From the NCBI GenBank assembly GCA_031372065.1, contig JANMKN010000242.1, positions 1 through 18,684 of the forward strand: DNA of 18,684 nucleotides, given 5' to 3'. Shown piece by piece: positions 1-7,561 of this stretch. A program made the translations under genes and the position numbers. The first letter of the stretch is position 1; every line of letters starts with the position of its first letter. This DNA comes from Abditibacteriaceae bacterium (GTDB lineage Bacteria > Armatimonadota > Abditibacteriia > Abditibacteriales > Abditibacteriaceae). The notes under the pieces were generated by a model. That model saw only the letters and a list, made by a program, of their open reading frames with translations, made no database searches and was not told the DNA's origin.

Positions 1-2
1 AA

Positions 3-272
3 GAAAAAATTAAATCATTTATACGATTAAAAAATAAAGTATTATACGGTGGTAGTGCTGGTGCAATTATTTTAGGGGAAAATATTTCTTGCCAAAATGA
101 CGAAATTATAACATCTTTTAGTATGGAGTCTGGTCTTTCTCTTATCGACAAATACTCAGTCACTTGTCATTACGAAGGCGACAACGAACAAGAAACCTTA
201 ATTAGGGATTGGGTATCTAAAAACCAGGGTGTCCTCACTTATCGCGTGTGGCGGCTCACTTATCGCTTGTAG
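3..272 (+). pseudogene. 3' part of a peptidase S51 (PepE/class I glutamine amidotransferase-like) gene; starts before the window and appears C-terminally truncated
   Basis: Not in the ORF track (start lies outside the window). Manual translation from nt 3 gives EKIKSFIRLKNKVLYGGSAGAIILGEN...SGLSLIDKYSVTCHYEGD...NQGVLTYRVWRLTYRL*. GGSAGA nucleophile elbow (Ser 54-56) and GLxL...HY (His 168-170) fit family S51. The last ~14 codons come from the adjacent repeat array. Confidence 0.65.
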
Positions 273-452
273 GCGCACACTTATCAATAAGTGAGGACAT
301 ACAAGACATAAGTGCGCGCCCACAAACCATAAGTGAGGACATACAAGACATAAGTGCGCTCATGCAGGACATATGAGTGCCTCCACAGGACATAGGAATG
401 CCTCCACAAGCTATCGGAACGTCGCCACATCGCGTCGTGATGTGCCACACTA
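230..452. repeat. Degenerate 21-bp tandem array in two opposite orientations
   Basis: CACTTAT at 236, 257 and 278; its reverse complement ATAAGTG at 287, 308, 329 and 350; decaying units in the same register at 371, 392, 413 and 434. Confidence 0.9.
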
Positions 453-479
453 TGACCTTCGGGCTGCCCGCCTTTGTAG

Positions 480-640
480 CGGATGGTGCGTGTTTGGCGT
501 CAGACCGGTTGAAACCGGTCTCTGAAAGGGCAAAGGCCACCTTCGTGGCCTCGAAATCAAGGTTTTGAGCCTACGAAGGTAGGCTTTGCCCCTCCAGACG
601 CCGGTTTCAACCGGTGTCAAAGCCAAATCTGCACCATCTG
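480..640. mobile_element. Palindromic REP-doublet/MITE-like element with ~75-bp inverted arms and a flanking direct repeat
   Basis: GATGGTGC..TTTGGC..ACCGGTTGAAACCGG..GGGCAAAG..ACCTTCGT (482-555) is mirrored at 563-638. TTTGTAGCG occurs at both 473-481 and 641-649. Confidence 0.75.
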
Positions 641-677
641 TTTGTAGCGCAGGGCAAGCCTTCTTGGAAAGGCGACT

Positions 678-1568
678 ATGAAATTCTTTTCATTGCGACT
701 TACGCAGAAATTCAATCTGGTTTTCATTTGTGTTTTTGTGCTGGCCTTATTGGTTGCTGGCATTGTTTTCAATTCTTTGACGCAGCGCAATGCGCGCGTG
801 GCCGTTATGCGTCACGCGGGCATTATGATGGCGAATGCGTTAGCGGTGCGCAAATATACCACGCAGCAAATTAAGCCGATTTTGCCAACCGAGCGCAATA
901 ATCAGTTCGTCGCGCAAACGGTGCCTGCGTTTTCCGCCAAGGCCACCTTTCAATACTTGCGCGCCTCGTATCCCGATTATTTCTACAAAGAAGCCTCGCA
1001 AAATCCCACCGATGCGAATGACAAAGCCACAAAATGGGAAGAAGAAATCTTGGAGCGTTTTCGCAAAGACCCGAATTTAAAAGAACAGGTTCTCACGCGC
1101 AGCACGCCCAAAGGCGATTATTTCTATCTGAGTCGTCCGATTCGCATCGCTGATAAGGCTTGTTTGCAATGTCACACCACACCGGCGCTGGCGCCGCAAT
1201 CTATGGTGCGCAAATACGGCGCAAAGGGTGGCGGCTATGGCTGGAAAATGCACGATGTCGTGGCCGCGCAGATTGTATCGGTGCCAATGTCGGTGCCGCA
1301 AACCATCGCGCGCCAAATTTTTATTACCATGACGGGCGCGTTGGCCTCAGTTCTCATTGTCACGCTGGTAATTCTCAACATCATGTTGCGCGTGATCGTG
1401 GTGCAGCCAGTGACGAAGTTATCGGGCATCGCCGACGAAATCAGCAAAGGTAATCTTCAAGTCGAAGACCTGCCGGTGAAAGGCGCCGATGAAATTGCCG
1501 GTTTGACCGGATCGTTCAATCGTATGCATCGCAGCTTGCGCGAAGCCATTAAAATGCTCGAAGAATAA
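678..1568 (+). CDS. c-type heme (DUF3365/Tll0287-like) extracytoplasmic sensor with C-terminal HAMP domain and no output domain
   Basis: N-terminal TM helix, VPAFSA and YKEASQNPT motifs, CxxCH (CLQCH), VVAAQIVSVP, second TM helix, then HAMP (QPVTKLSGIADEISKGNL...DEIAGLTGSFNRM) ending at the stop. Confidence 0.85.
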   Translation: MKFFSLRLTQKFNLVFICVFVLALLVAGIVFNSLTQRNARVAVMRHAGIMMANALAVRKYTTQQIKPILPTERNNQFVAQTVPAFSAKATFQYLRASYPDYFYKEASQNPTDANDKATKWEEEILERFRKDPNLKEQVLTRSTPKGDYFYLSRPIRIADKACLQCHTTPALAPQSMVRKYGAKGGGYGWKMHDVVAAQIVSVPMSVPQTIARQIFITMTGALASVLIVTLVILNIMLRVIVVQPVTKLSGIADEISKGNLQVEDLPVKGADEIAGLTGSFNRMHRSLREAIKMLEE

Positions 1569-1601
1569 GCGTAGCGCCGACGAATTTATTCGTTGCTCCC
1601 C

Positions 1602-3506
1602 ATGAAAGAACAGGGCAAGAACTCCCTTATTTTAGGCATTTGCGGCCTGATGTTTGCCGTGGCCGTTTTGGGAGCAGTCGGTTTTCATTTTTTTGAAAAC
1701 CCCGTTCAGCCCACTCTGACGCTTTGGGACAGTTTCTGGTGGGCGATGGTCACCGTAACGACCATCGGCTACGGCGATATTTTTCCCAAAACAGTCGGTG
1801 GGCGGCTTATCGCCCTGTTTTTGATGTTTGGTGGCATTGGCACGCTCGGCATTTTTACCGCCGCGATTGCGGCTTATTTTATTCGCGGCGATGGTTTGCA
1901 GTTGCTGCGCCTCAATCGTTTTCAAGATCATGTCGTGATTTGCGGGTTGGGCGAAAAAGGTTTGCTTTTGACCAAAGCATTTCGGGCGCGCGGGCGCGAC
2001 GTGGCGATCATCGAAGACAACGAAACCAACGAATTTGCGCCCACAGCGCGCTCGTTGGGCGCCATAGTGCTTTACGGCGATGCGCGCGAACCGTCTATGC
2101 TGCGTTCGGCCCGTTTGAACACCGCGCAAAATTTGATTGTGGTCTGCGGCGATGATGGCGTCAATGCCGAAGTCGCCGCGCACGCCCGCGATTTATCGCA
2201 ACAAACAAGCGACGAAGGTGCTATAAATGCCAAACGTTCAAACGGCGATAGGCGCCAAACCAAACGTGTGGGAAAACGCGGCAACCGGCGCAAGCGTGAA
2301 CGCAGTGGCACTTTGGTGTGTAGCGCCCATATTATCAATCCCGAATTGTGGTATTTGCTGCGCGAATGGGAAATGGCAGAGCGCGGTTCGTTTCGCTTGC
2401 AGTTTTTCAATGGTATAGACAGCGCGGCGCGGGCTTTATTGGACGAACATCCGCCTTTTGAGCTGTGCGATACGGAAAAAACGCCCGAAGATCACCTTTT
2501 AAACCCGCCGCGCATCTTGATTGTCGGCGGCGGGCGGCTGGGGCAAAGTTTGCTGGTGCATATCGCCCGCGCGTGGCGCGAAATGGGTTTGGCCTGCGAC
2601 GTTTTGCCGGGCGACTTGCCCAAAATGAAACTGACTTTGCTGGACAAGAATCCGGGACGCATCAGCGAAATTTTGCGAATGCGTCATCCTGAACTGGAAA
2701 AAGTCTGCGAATTAGAAACTCTGGAAATGGATTGCAGCGATCCAGAATTTCATCGCGCCGCGTTCTTGTGGGACGAAGGCAGAAAATGCCGCGTTGAACG
2801 CGTTTATGTGTGTTTGACTGACGATGCCTTGGCTCTTTCGGCGGCTTTGGCCTTGAATGCCCATCTGCGCATAAACAAGGTGCCGATTGTCGTGGCAATG
2901 ACGCAAGAAGCCGGACTTTCATCGCTACTGCGGCGCGTGCGCGAAGTGCAACCGCAATTTCAAACTTTGTATGCTGTTGGCTTGCTCGAACGCGCCTGCC
3001 AACCCGACCTCGTTTTGGGTGGCATTCCCGAAATGCTGGCGCGGGCGCTGCACGACAAATATGTGGAAGATCAAGAAGCGCTCGGCAACACGCGCGAGAA
3101 AAATCCTCTCATGGCGCCGTGGGACGAATTGCCCGAAGAAGGGCGCGAATCGAATCGCACGCAAGCGTTAGCCATCGGCGAAAAATTGCAATCCATCGGC
3201 TGTGACATCGTGCCGCTTACCGATTGGGATGCGCATACGTTTCGTTTTAGCGAGGCCGAAGTCGAATCAATGGCGAACATGGAACATCAGCGCTGGACAA
3301 GCGAGCGCTTGGCTCAAGGCTGGACTTATGGCCCGCGCGATACGCAGCGCAAAACCAATCCGAATCTGGTGGCGTGGGACAAATTGCCAGACGGCACGCG
3401 CGATTTTAACCGCACCTTAGTGCGTGAAATTCCGATGTCGCTGGCCCGCGCCGGTTTTCAGGTGTTTCGCATGGGAGAGCGGGACGCTTCGGATGAAGCG
3501 GATTGA
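1602..3506 (+). CDS. Potassium channel (2TM pore) fused to two TrkA-N/RCK-like Rossmann domains and a tandem RyR repeat
   Basis: Pore helix and filter FWWAMVTVTTIGYGD (TIGYGD at 1761-1778). GxGxxG motifs HVVICGLGEKG and ILIVGGGRLG. RyR-type repeats LARALHDKY..NPLMAPWDELPEEGRESNR and MEHQRWTSERLAQGWTYG..NPNLVAWDKLP..RDFNR. ATG 1602 preferred over TTG 1593. Confidence 0.88.
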   Translation: MKEQGKNSLILGICGLMFAVAVLGAVGFHFFENPVQPTLTLWDSFWWAMVTVTTIGYGDIFPKTVGGRLIALFLMFGGIGTLGIFTAAIAAYFIRGDGLQLLRLNRFQDHVVICGLGEKGLLLTKAFRARGRDVAIIEDNETNEFAPTARSLGAIVLYGDAREPSMLRSARLNTAQNLIVVCGDDGVNAEVAAHARDLSQQTSDEGAINAKRSNGDRRQTKRVGKRGNRRKRERSGTLVCSAHIINPELWYLLREWEMAERGSFRLQFFNGIDSAARALLDEHPPFELCDTEKTPEDHLLNPPRILIVGGGRLGQSLLVHIARAWREMGLACDVLPGDLPKMKLTLLDKNPGRISEILRMRHPELEKVCELETLEMDCSDPEFHRAAFLWDEGRKCRVERVYVCLTDDALALSAALALNAHLRINKVPIVVAMTQEAGLSSLLRRVREVQPQFQTLYAVGLLERACQPDLVLGGIPEMLARALHDKYVEDQEALGNTREKNPLMAPWDELPEEGRESNRTQALAIGEKLQSIGCDIVPLTDWDAHTFRFSEAEVESMANMEHQRWTSERLAQGWTYGPRDTQRKTNPNLVAWDKLPDGTRDFNRTLVREIPMSLARAGFQVFRMGERDASDEAD

Positions 3507-3515
3507 AGTTTCATT

Positions 3516-5555
3516 ATGCCCAATGCATTGTTATCACAAGGAATACTGCCTTTAATTGTCGGCATCACCGGCCACCGCGATTTGCGCCCCGACGATGTGC
3601 CGCGCTTGGAAACGGCGGTGCGCGAAGCATTGCGCGAATTAAAAGAAAATTATCCGCACACGCCGCTGCTTATTCTTTCGCCGCTGGGCGAAGGCGCTGA
3701 CCGCTTGGTGGCGCGCGTGGGACTGGCCGAAGGCGCCAGTTTGTGCGTGCCTTTGCCGATGACGCGCACTCTTTACGAAGCCGAGTTTGAAAGCGATGCC
3801 TCGCGCGCGGAATTTGCCGAACTTTTGGCAAAAGCTAACGATGTTTTCACTTTGCCGTGGCTGGATTGCAACGATGTGAAAGCGGCCAACTGCGGCCCGT
3901 CGGGGCCTCATGTAGCGCAGCAATATGCGCAAATGGGCGCTTATATCGCGCGCCATAGTCAGGTGTTTCTCGCGTTGTGGGATGGCCAGAAATCCAATGA
4001 AATGCTGGGCGGCACCTCGCAGATTGTGCGTTTTCGTCTCGAAGGCGCGCCGCCACCTTACGGCCCACCGCAAAGTTTGCTCGACCCCGCCGATAGCGCG
4101 CCCGTAATCCATATCGTCACGCCGCGCCAATCGAATCCCCAGCCCGACGGTGCGGCGTTTTCGCGTCAGGATTTGCTGCCTCCCGGCACCGATGCCGCAG
4201 ATCGTGATCGCGCTTTTGCTAACCTCGATAAATTCAACGCGGATGCCGCCGCTAATCCGGCGGCGCAAGAAGCCGGTGCCAGCATCAATATGCTGCTGCC
4301 GACAGAAGATTCGGTTCCGCCCATGCCCAGCGGCGTGCAAGCGTTTTTGCAAACTTTCGGTTTGGCCGACGCCTTGTCCATTCATTTCCAACGCCACATG
4401 ACGCGCACTTTAGAGCGCGTTTTTTCAGCGGTTTTGGTGGCTGCGCTGTGCTTTAACTTGTTCCACTCGCTGCCGCACGCCAGCCATGAAAAACACGGCG
4501 GCGGTCATGGCGAAACCGCTGCGACTCACGGCGAATCTGCGCCGGGCCACGCATCAGACAGCGTAAATTCGCCCGGTGCTATCGCATCGCACGCGGCAGA
4601 TTCGCACGGTGCCGCGCACGCGCCTGTTGAACACGCAGCCACCGAACACGCGCCTGCCGATTCCCATGCGGCCAGTGCCGAACACAGCGAAAGTGCGGCG
4701 GCGATGCAGGAAGCGGGCATTGATGAGCCGCTCATTGACATGGGACATCTGGCGGGCATTCCGTGGTTTTTGTGGCTTTATTTGTTGGTGGTGGCGGGCA
4801 ATGTTTTGTTTCATCGCCGCGCTGAAAAACAAGAATTTCAAAATAAATATCAAGATTATCGGGCCTTAGCCGAAGGCTTGCGCGTGCAGATTTTTTGGGG
4901 TTTGGCGGGCCTGAGCGACGAAGCCGCCGACTATTATTTAGGCAAGCAGCGCAGTGAACTGGACTGGATTCGTCATGCCTTGCGCGTGCGCAATGTGCTG
5001 TCCGATACGGCCTCGCAGGGCAATTCGGCAGGTATGAATGCCGATTCGCTGTTACTGGTGCAAAAACATTGGATTCAAGAGCAGCAGCGCTATTTTATTC
5101 GCAAGACGCATCGCGAATTGGAAGATTTGGAACACTGCGAAAAGCGCATCGAAACCTTGCTGATGTTCAGCGTGGGATTGACTGTGGCCTTGGCGATTAC
5201 CTTAGCCGCGCCGGTTTTCGTGCCTTGGCCGCCGCTCGAAACCTTGAAATTGTGGATCGAAGAGCCGCTAACGCACGGTTTGGTGATGATTTCCATTGTG
5301 ATGTTGGCGGTTTGCGCCGGTTTGCTGCATGGTTATAATCAGCTTAAAGCGCGCGCCGAACACGCCAAACGTTATGGCCGTATGGCGGTTTTATTCGACA
5401 ACGCCGCGCGTCATTTTGAGCGATTAATGTCTTCCGGCCAGACAGCCGAAGTTCCTGCCCTGCTGCGCGAATTGGGCAAAGAAGCCTTAGCCGAAAATGC
5501 CGATTGGGTCATGTTGCATCGCGAGCGTCCCTTGCAAGTGCCACACGCGGCGTAA
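3516..5555 (+). CDS. SLOG-superfamily nucleotide-binding domain fused to two SLATT/DUF4231-like 2TM modules, with a His-rich insert
   Basis: N-terminal IVGITGHRDL, SPLGEGADRL and ALWDG..GGT motifs (SMF/DprA-LOG fold). Two hydrophobic helix pairs followed by YQDYRALAEGLR and RYGRM..LGKEALAENADW respectively, typical of SLATT-like tails. Confidence 0.75.
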   Translation: MPNALLSQGILPLIVGITGHRDLRPDDVPRLETAVREALRELKENYPHTPLLILSPLGEGADRLVARVGLAEGASLCVPLPMTRTLYEAEFESDASRAEFAELLAKANDVFTLPWLDCNDVKAANCGPSGPHVAQQYAQMGAYIARHSQVFLALWDGQKSNEMLGGTSQIVRFRLEGAPPPYGPPQSLLDPADSAPVIHIVTPRQSNPQPDGAAFSRQDLLPPGTDAADRDRAFANLDKFNADAAANPAAQEAGASINMLLPTEDSVPPMPSGVQAFLQTFGLADALSIHFQRHMTRTLERVFSAVLVAALCFNLFHSLPHASHEKHGGGHGETAATHGESAPGHASDSVNSPGAIASHAADSHGAAHAPVEHAATEHAPADSHAASAEHSESAAAMQEAGIDEPLIDMGHLAGIPWFLWLYLLVVAGNVLFHRRAEKQEFQNKYQDYRALAEGLRVQIFWGLAGLSDEAADYYLGKQRSELDWIRHALRVRNVLSDTASQGNSAGMNADSLLLVQKHWIQEQQRYFIRKTHRELEDLEHCEKRIETLLMFSVGLTVALAITLAAPVFVPWPPLETLKLWIEEPLTHGLVMISIVMLAVCAGLLHGYNQLKARAEHAKRYGRMAVLFDNAARHFERLMSSGQTAEVPALLRELGKEALAENADWVMLHRERPLQVPHAA

Positions 5556-5602
5556 ACTGTTTCCTGCGATGAAATCGCAAGATCACGAAAGTCAGGTAAA
5601 TC

Positions 5603-6358
5603 ATGCCTCTGTGGTTGCAAGCCGGATTTTGGGGATTGGTGGCCGGATTCGCTTTAGTTATCGGCGCGGCCATTGGCTATTTCTTGTCGGTGCCGCAGCG
5701 CGTCATTGCCGCGATTATGGCCTTTGGCAGCGGCGTGCTGATTTCAGCCTTGTCTTTTGACTTGATGGAAGAAGCCTACGAGCGCGGCGGTTTCACCGCA
5801 ACAGGCGCCGGATTTTTGGGTGGCGCGTTGATTTTTACCGGCGCCAATCGCTTGTTGGCATGGCAGGGCGCCAAGCATCGCAAACGCTCTGGCGAGAAAC
5901 ATCCCTCCGAAGACGATCACGAAGGCAGCGGCACGGCTATCGCTGTGGGCGCGCTGATTGATGGTGTGCCGGAATCTATTGTTATCGGTTTGAGTTTGCT
6001 CAAAGGCGGCGCGGTCAGCACTGTCGCTGTGATCGCGATTTTTCTTTCCAATTTGCCCGAAGGTTTATCCAGCGCCGCCGGTATGAAAAAGGCCGGGCGC
6101 AGCAAAGGCTATATTTTCGGCGTGTGGATTGGCATCGCGCTGATTTCCGGCTTTGCCTCGCTTTGCGGCTACTCGGTTTTTCAGCATTTTTCCGAAAGCG
6201 TGATTGCTGCTACCACCGGCGTGGCTGCGGGCGCGATTTTATCCATGCTGGTAGACACCATGATTCCTGAAGCCTTTGAAGAAGCCCACGACTTCGCGGG
6301 CCTCATTACCGTCGTCGGCTTTTTAGCGGCCTTCATTTTGACGAAAAGCAGCCGTTAA
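5603..6358 (+). CDS. ZIP (ZupT/GufA-like) family divalent metal transporter
   Basis: Multiple TM helices with MAFGSGVLISALSFDLMEEA, DGVPES, SNLPEG and AAGAILSMLVDTMIPEAF motifs. Confidence 0.9.
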   Translation: MPLWLQAGFWGLVAGFALVIGAAIGYFLSVPQRVIAAIMAFGSGVLISALSFDLMEEAYERGGFTATGAGFLGGALIFTGANRLLAWQGAKHRKRSGEKHPSEDDHEGSGTAIAVGALIDGVPESIVIGLSLLKGGAVSTVAVIAIFLSNLPEGLSSAAGMKKAGRSKGYIFGVWIGIALISGFASLCGYSVFQHFSESVIAATTGVAAGAILSMLVDTMIPEAFEEAHDFAGLITVVGFLAAFILTKSSR

Positions 6359-6386
6359 ACGGAAAAATATGGCGCCGTGATAAGGT

Positions 6387-7370
6387 TTACCGCGCAGAGG
6401 GCGCGTTTTTCGTGCGCGCTTCGGCCAATTTTTCGAGCGCGTTGTGAAATTCTTGCGAACGTGACCAGTCGTTGAGTTCTTGAATGCGATCATCCAGAAA
6501 AGGATTTGCCGAAATCGCGGTGCCGATTTTATATTGTGTGGAGATTTCTGTGCCTTGCACGCTAATACGCCCGGCCTGATTGACATATTCTTCGATATCC
6601 TCTGGTGTCACTTCGGCTTCGGTCATAAACGGATCGTTAAAAGCGTGCATTTTCAACAAGCCGCGCAGCAGCAATTTATGATCTTTCACCAAAAGCAGCG
6701 TAAGGCGATCTGCCGTGTGAATTGCCAAATCTTTCCATGCCATTTGCAGGAGCGAGCTATAAAAATTCGCCGGCCAGACTAACAAGCGCATAAGGGCGGG
6801 CGTTTGGTCAAGCGAGTGAATCAGCATCAGGCGCGCGGTGTGGCCTTGTGAGGCATGAACCAACGTGCGTAGCGCCATGCAATCAAGTTCGGGCGGTGTC
6901 AGAACTTCAGCAGAGCCTTTATTCGCCACGAAAAAATAAGGGTCTTTGCGTCCCATCAGGCGAATTTGCGGCACGACTTCATCGGTAAAAAAACCTTCAG
7001 GCTCGGTAATTCCCAGCATCGCGCTGCCTTTGGACAGCACAGCTTTGAGGCGTGGCGCTTTTTTGGATGTGATTTCAAATTCGGCCCCGTGCAAACGCAA
7101 GCGGCGCAGCAGCAAGCGCGGCACCAGACTGTAATAGATAAAAATTGAACCGAGCCACCACACGGTCAGACCAATGCCAAAAGGTTGTGTGACCGGATTG
7201 ACAAAGGGGACGCCGCAGATCATCAGCATGATAGCGCACCAAATAAAAAGCGCCTTCAATCCTTCGCTGCGTTCTCCGGGCGCGCCATAGTCGCTCAGTT
7301 GCGCGGGCGGCGGTGCATCAGCAGCCACCCGTTTGCGTTCTTTATCTTCGATTTTAACTTTGACAGGCAT
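6387..7370 (-). CDS. Membrane-anchored M48/HtpX-like protein with a degenerate zinc-binding motif
   Basis: Two N-terminal TM helices. EITSKKAPRL..LGITEPEGFF..VLTPPELDCMALRTLVHASQGH and IHTADR line up with the M48 pattern EL..V.AHE..H...H and E..ADR, but the key ligands are absent. Confidence 0.55.
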   Translation of the reverse strand: MPVKVKIEDKERKRVAADAPPPAQLSDYGAPGERSEGLKALFIWCAIMLMICGVPFVNPVTQPFGIGLTVWWLGSIFIYYSLVPRLLLRRLRLHGAEFEITSKKAPRLKAVLSKGSAMLGITEPEGFFTDEVVPQIRLMGRKDPYFFVANKGSAEVLTPPELDCMALRTLVHASQGHTARLMLIHSLDQTPALMRLLVWPANFYSSLLQMAWKDLAIHTADRLTLLLVKDHKLLLRGLLKMHAFNDPFMTEAEVTPEDIEEYVNQAGRISVQGTEISTQYKIGTAISANPFLDDRIQELNDWSRSQEFHNALEKLAEARTKNAPSAR

Positions 7371-7381
7371 GGGAATTAGGG

Positions 7382-7445
7382 GGTCAGTGGTAAGTAGTCC
7401 GTGGTCAGGGCTTAGAAATACTGCCCACTGCTCTGCTCACTGACC
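7382..7445. repeat. Short heptamer repeats arranged as an imperfect inverted pair
   Basis: GTCAGTG-GTAAGTA-GTCCGTG-GTCAGGG (7383-7410), followed by reverse-complement-like units TACTGCC-CACTGCT..CACTGACC. Confidence 0.6.
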
Positions 7446-7561
7446 GCCGTTTACTGAAAAGCTATACCTATTTTACCGCTGTGAGCCGAACTATGACACG
7501 GCTCGCTGACGCTTCCCCAATAATCTTCACATTTATTGGCACTTTGCCTGCCGCGCCCATA

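Noticed and set aside
256..540. 94-aa Cys/Met-rich heptad-repeat ORF on the minus strand (and 377..568 on +)
   Set aside because: It is a translation of the 21-bp array and the palindromic element and crosses the inversion point; there is no independent coding evidence.
658..673. GCCTT/AAGGC hairpin occluding the RBS of the heme sensor gene
   Set aside because: Only a 5-bp stem, which could easily arise by chance.
3639..4397. 252-aa minus-strand ORF, and similar shadows such as 1632..2183 and 12143..12730
   Set aside because: They lie entirely opposite well-supported genes and show no recognisable motifs.
3516..5555. Calling the SLOG gene Thoeris or CBASS
   Set aside because: No TIR, SIR2, Macro or CD-NTase gene is visible, and the architecture does not match those named systems.
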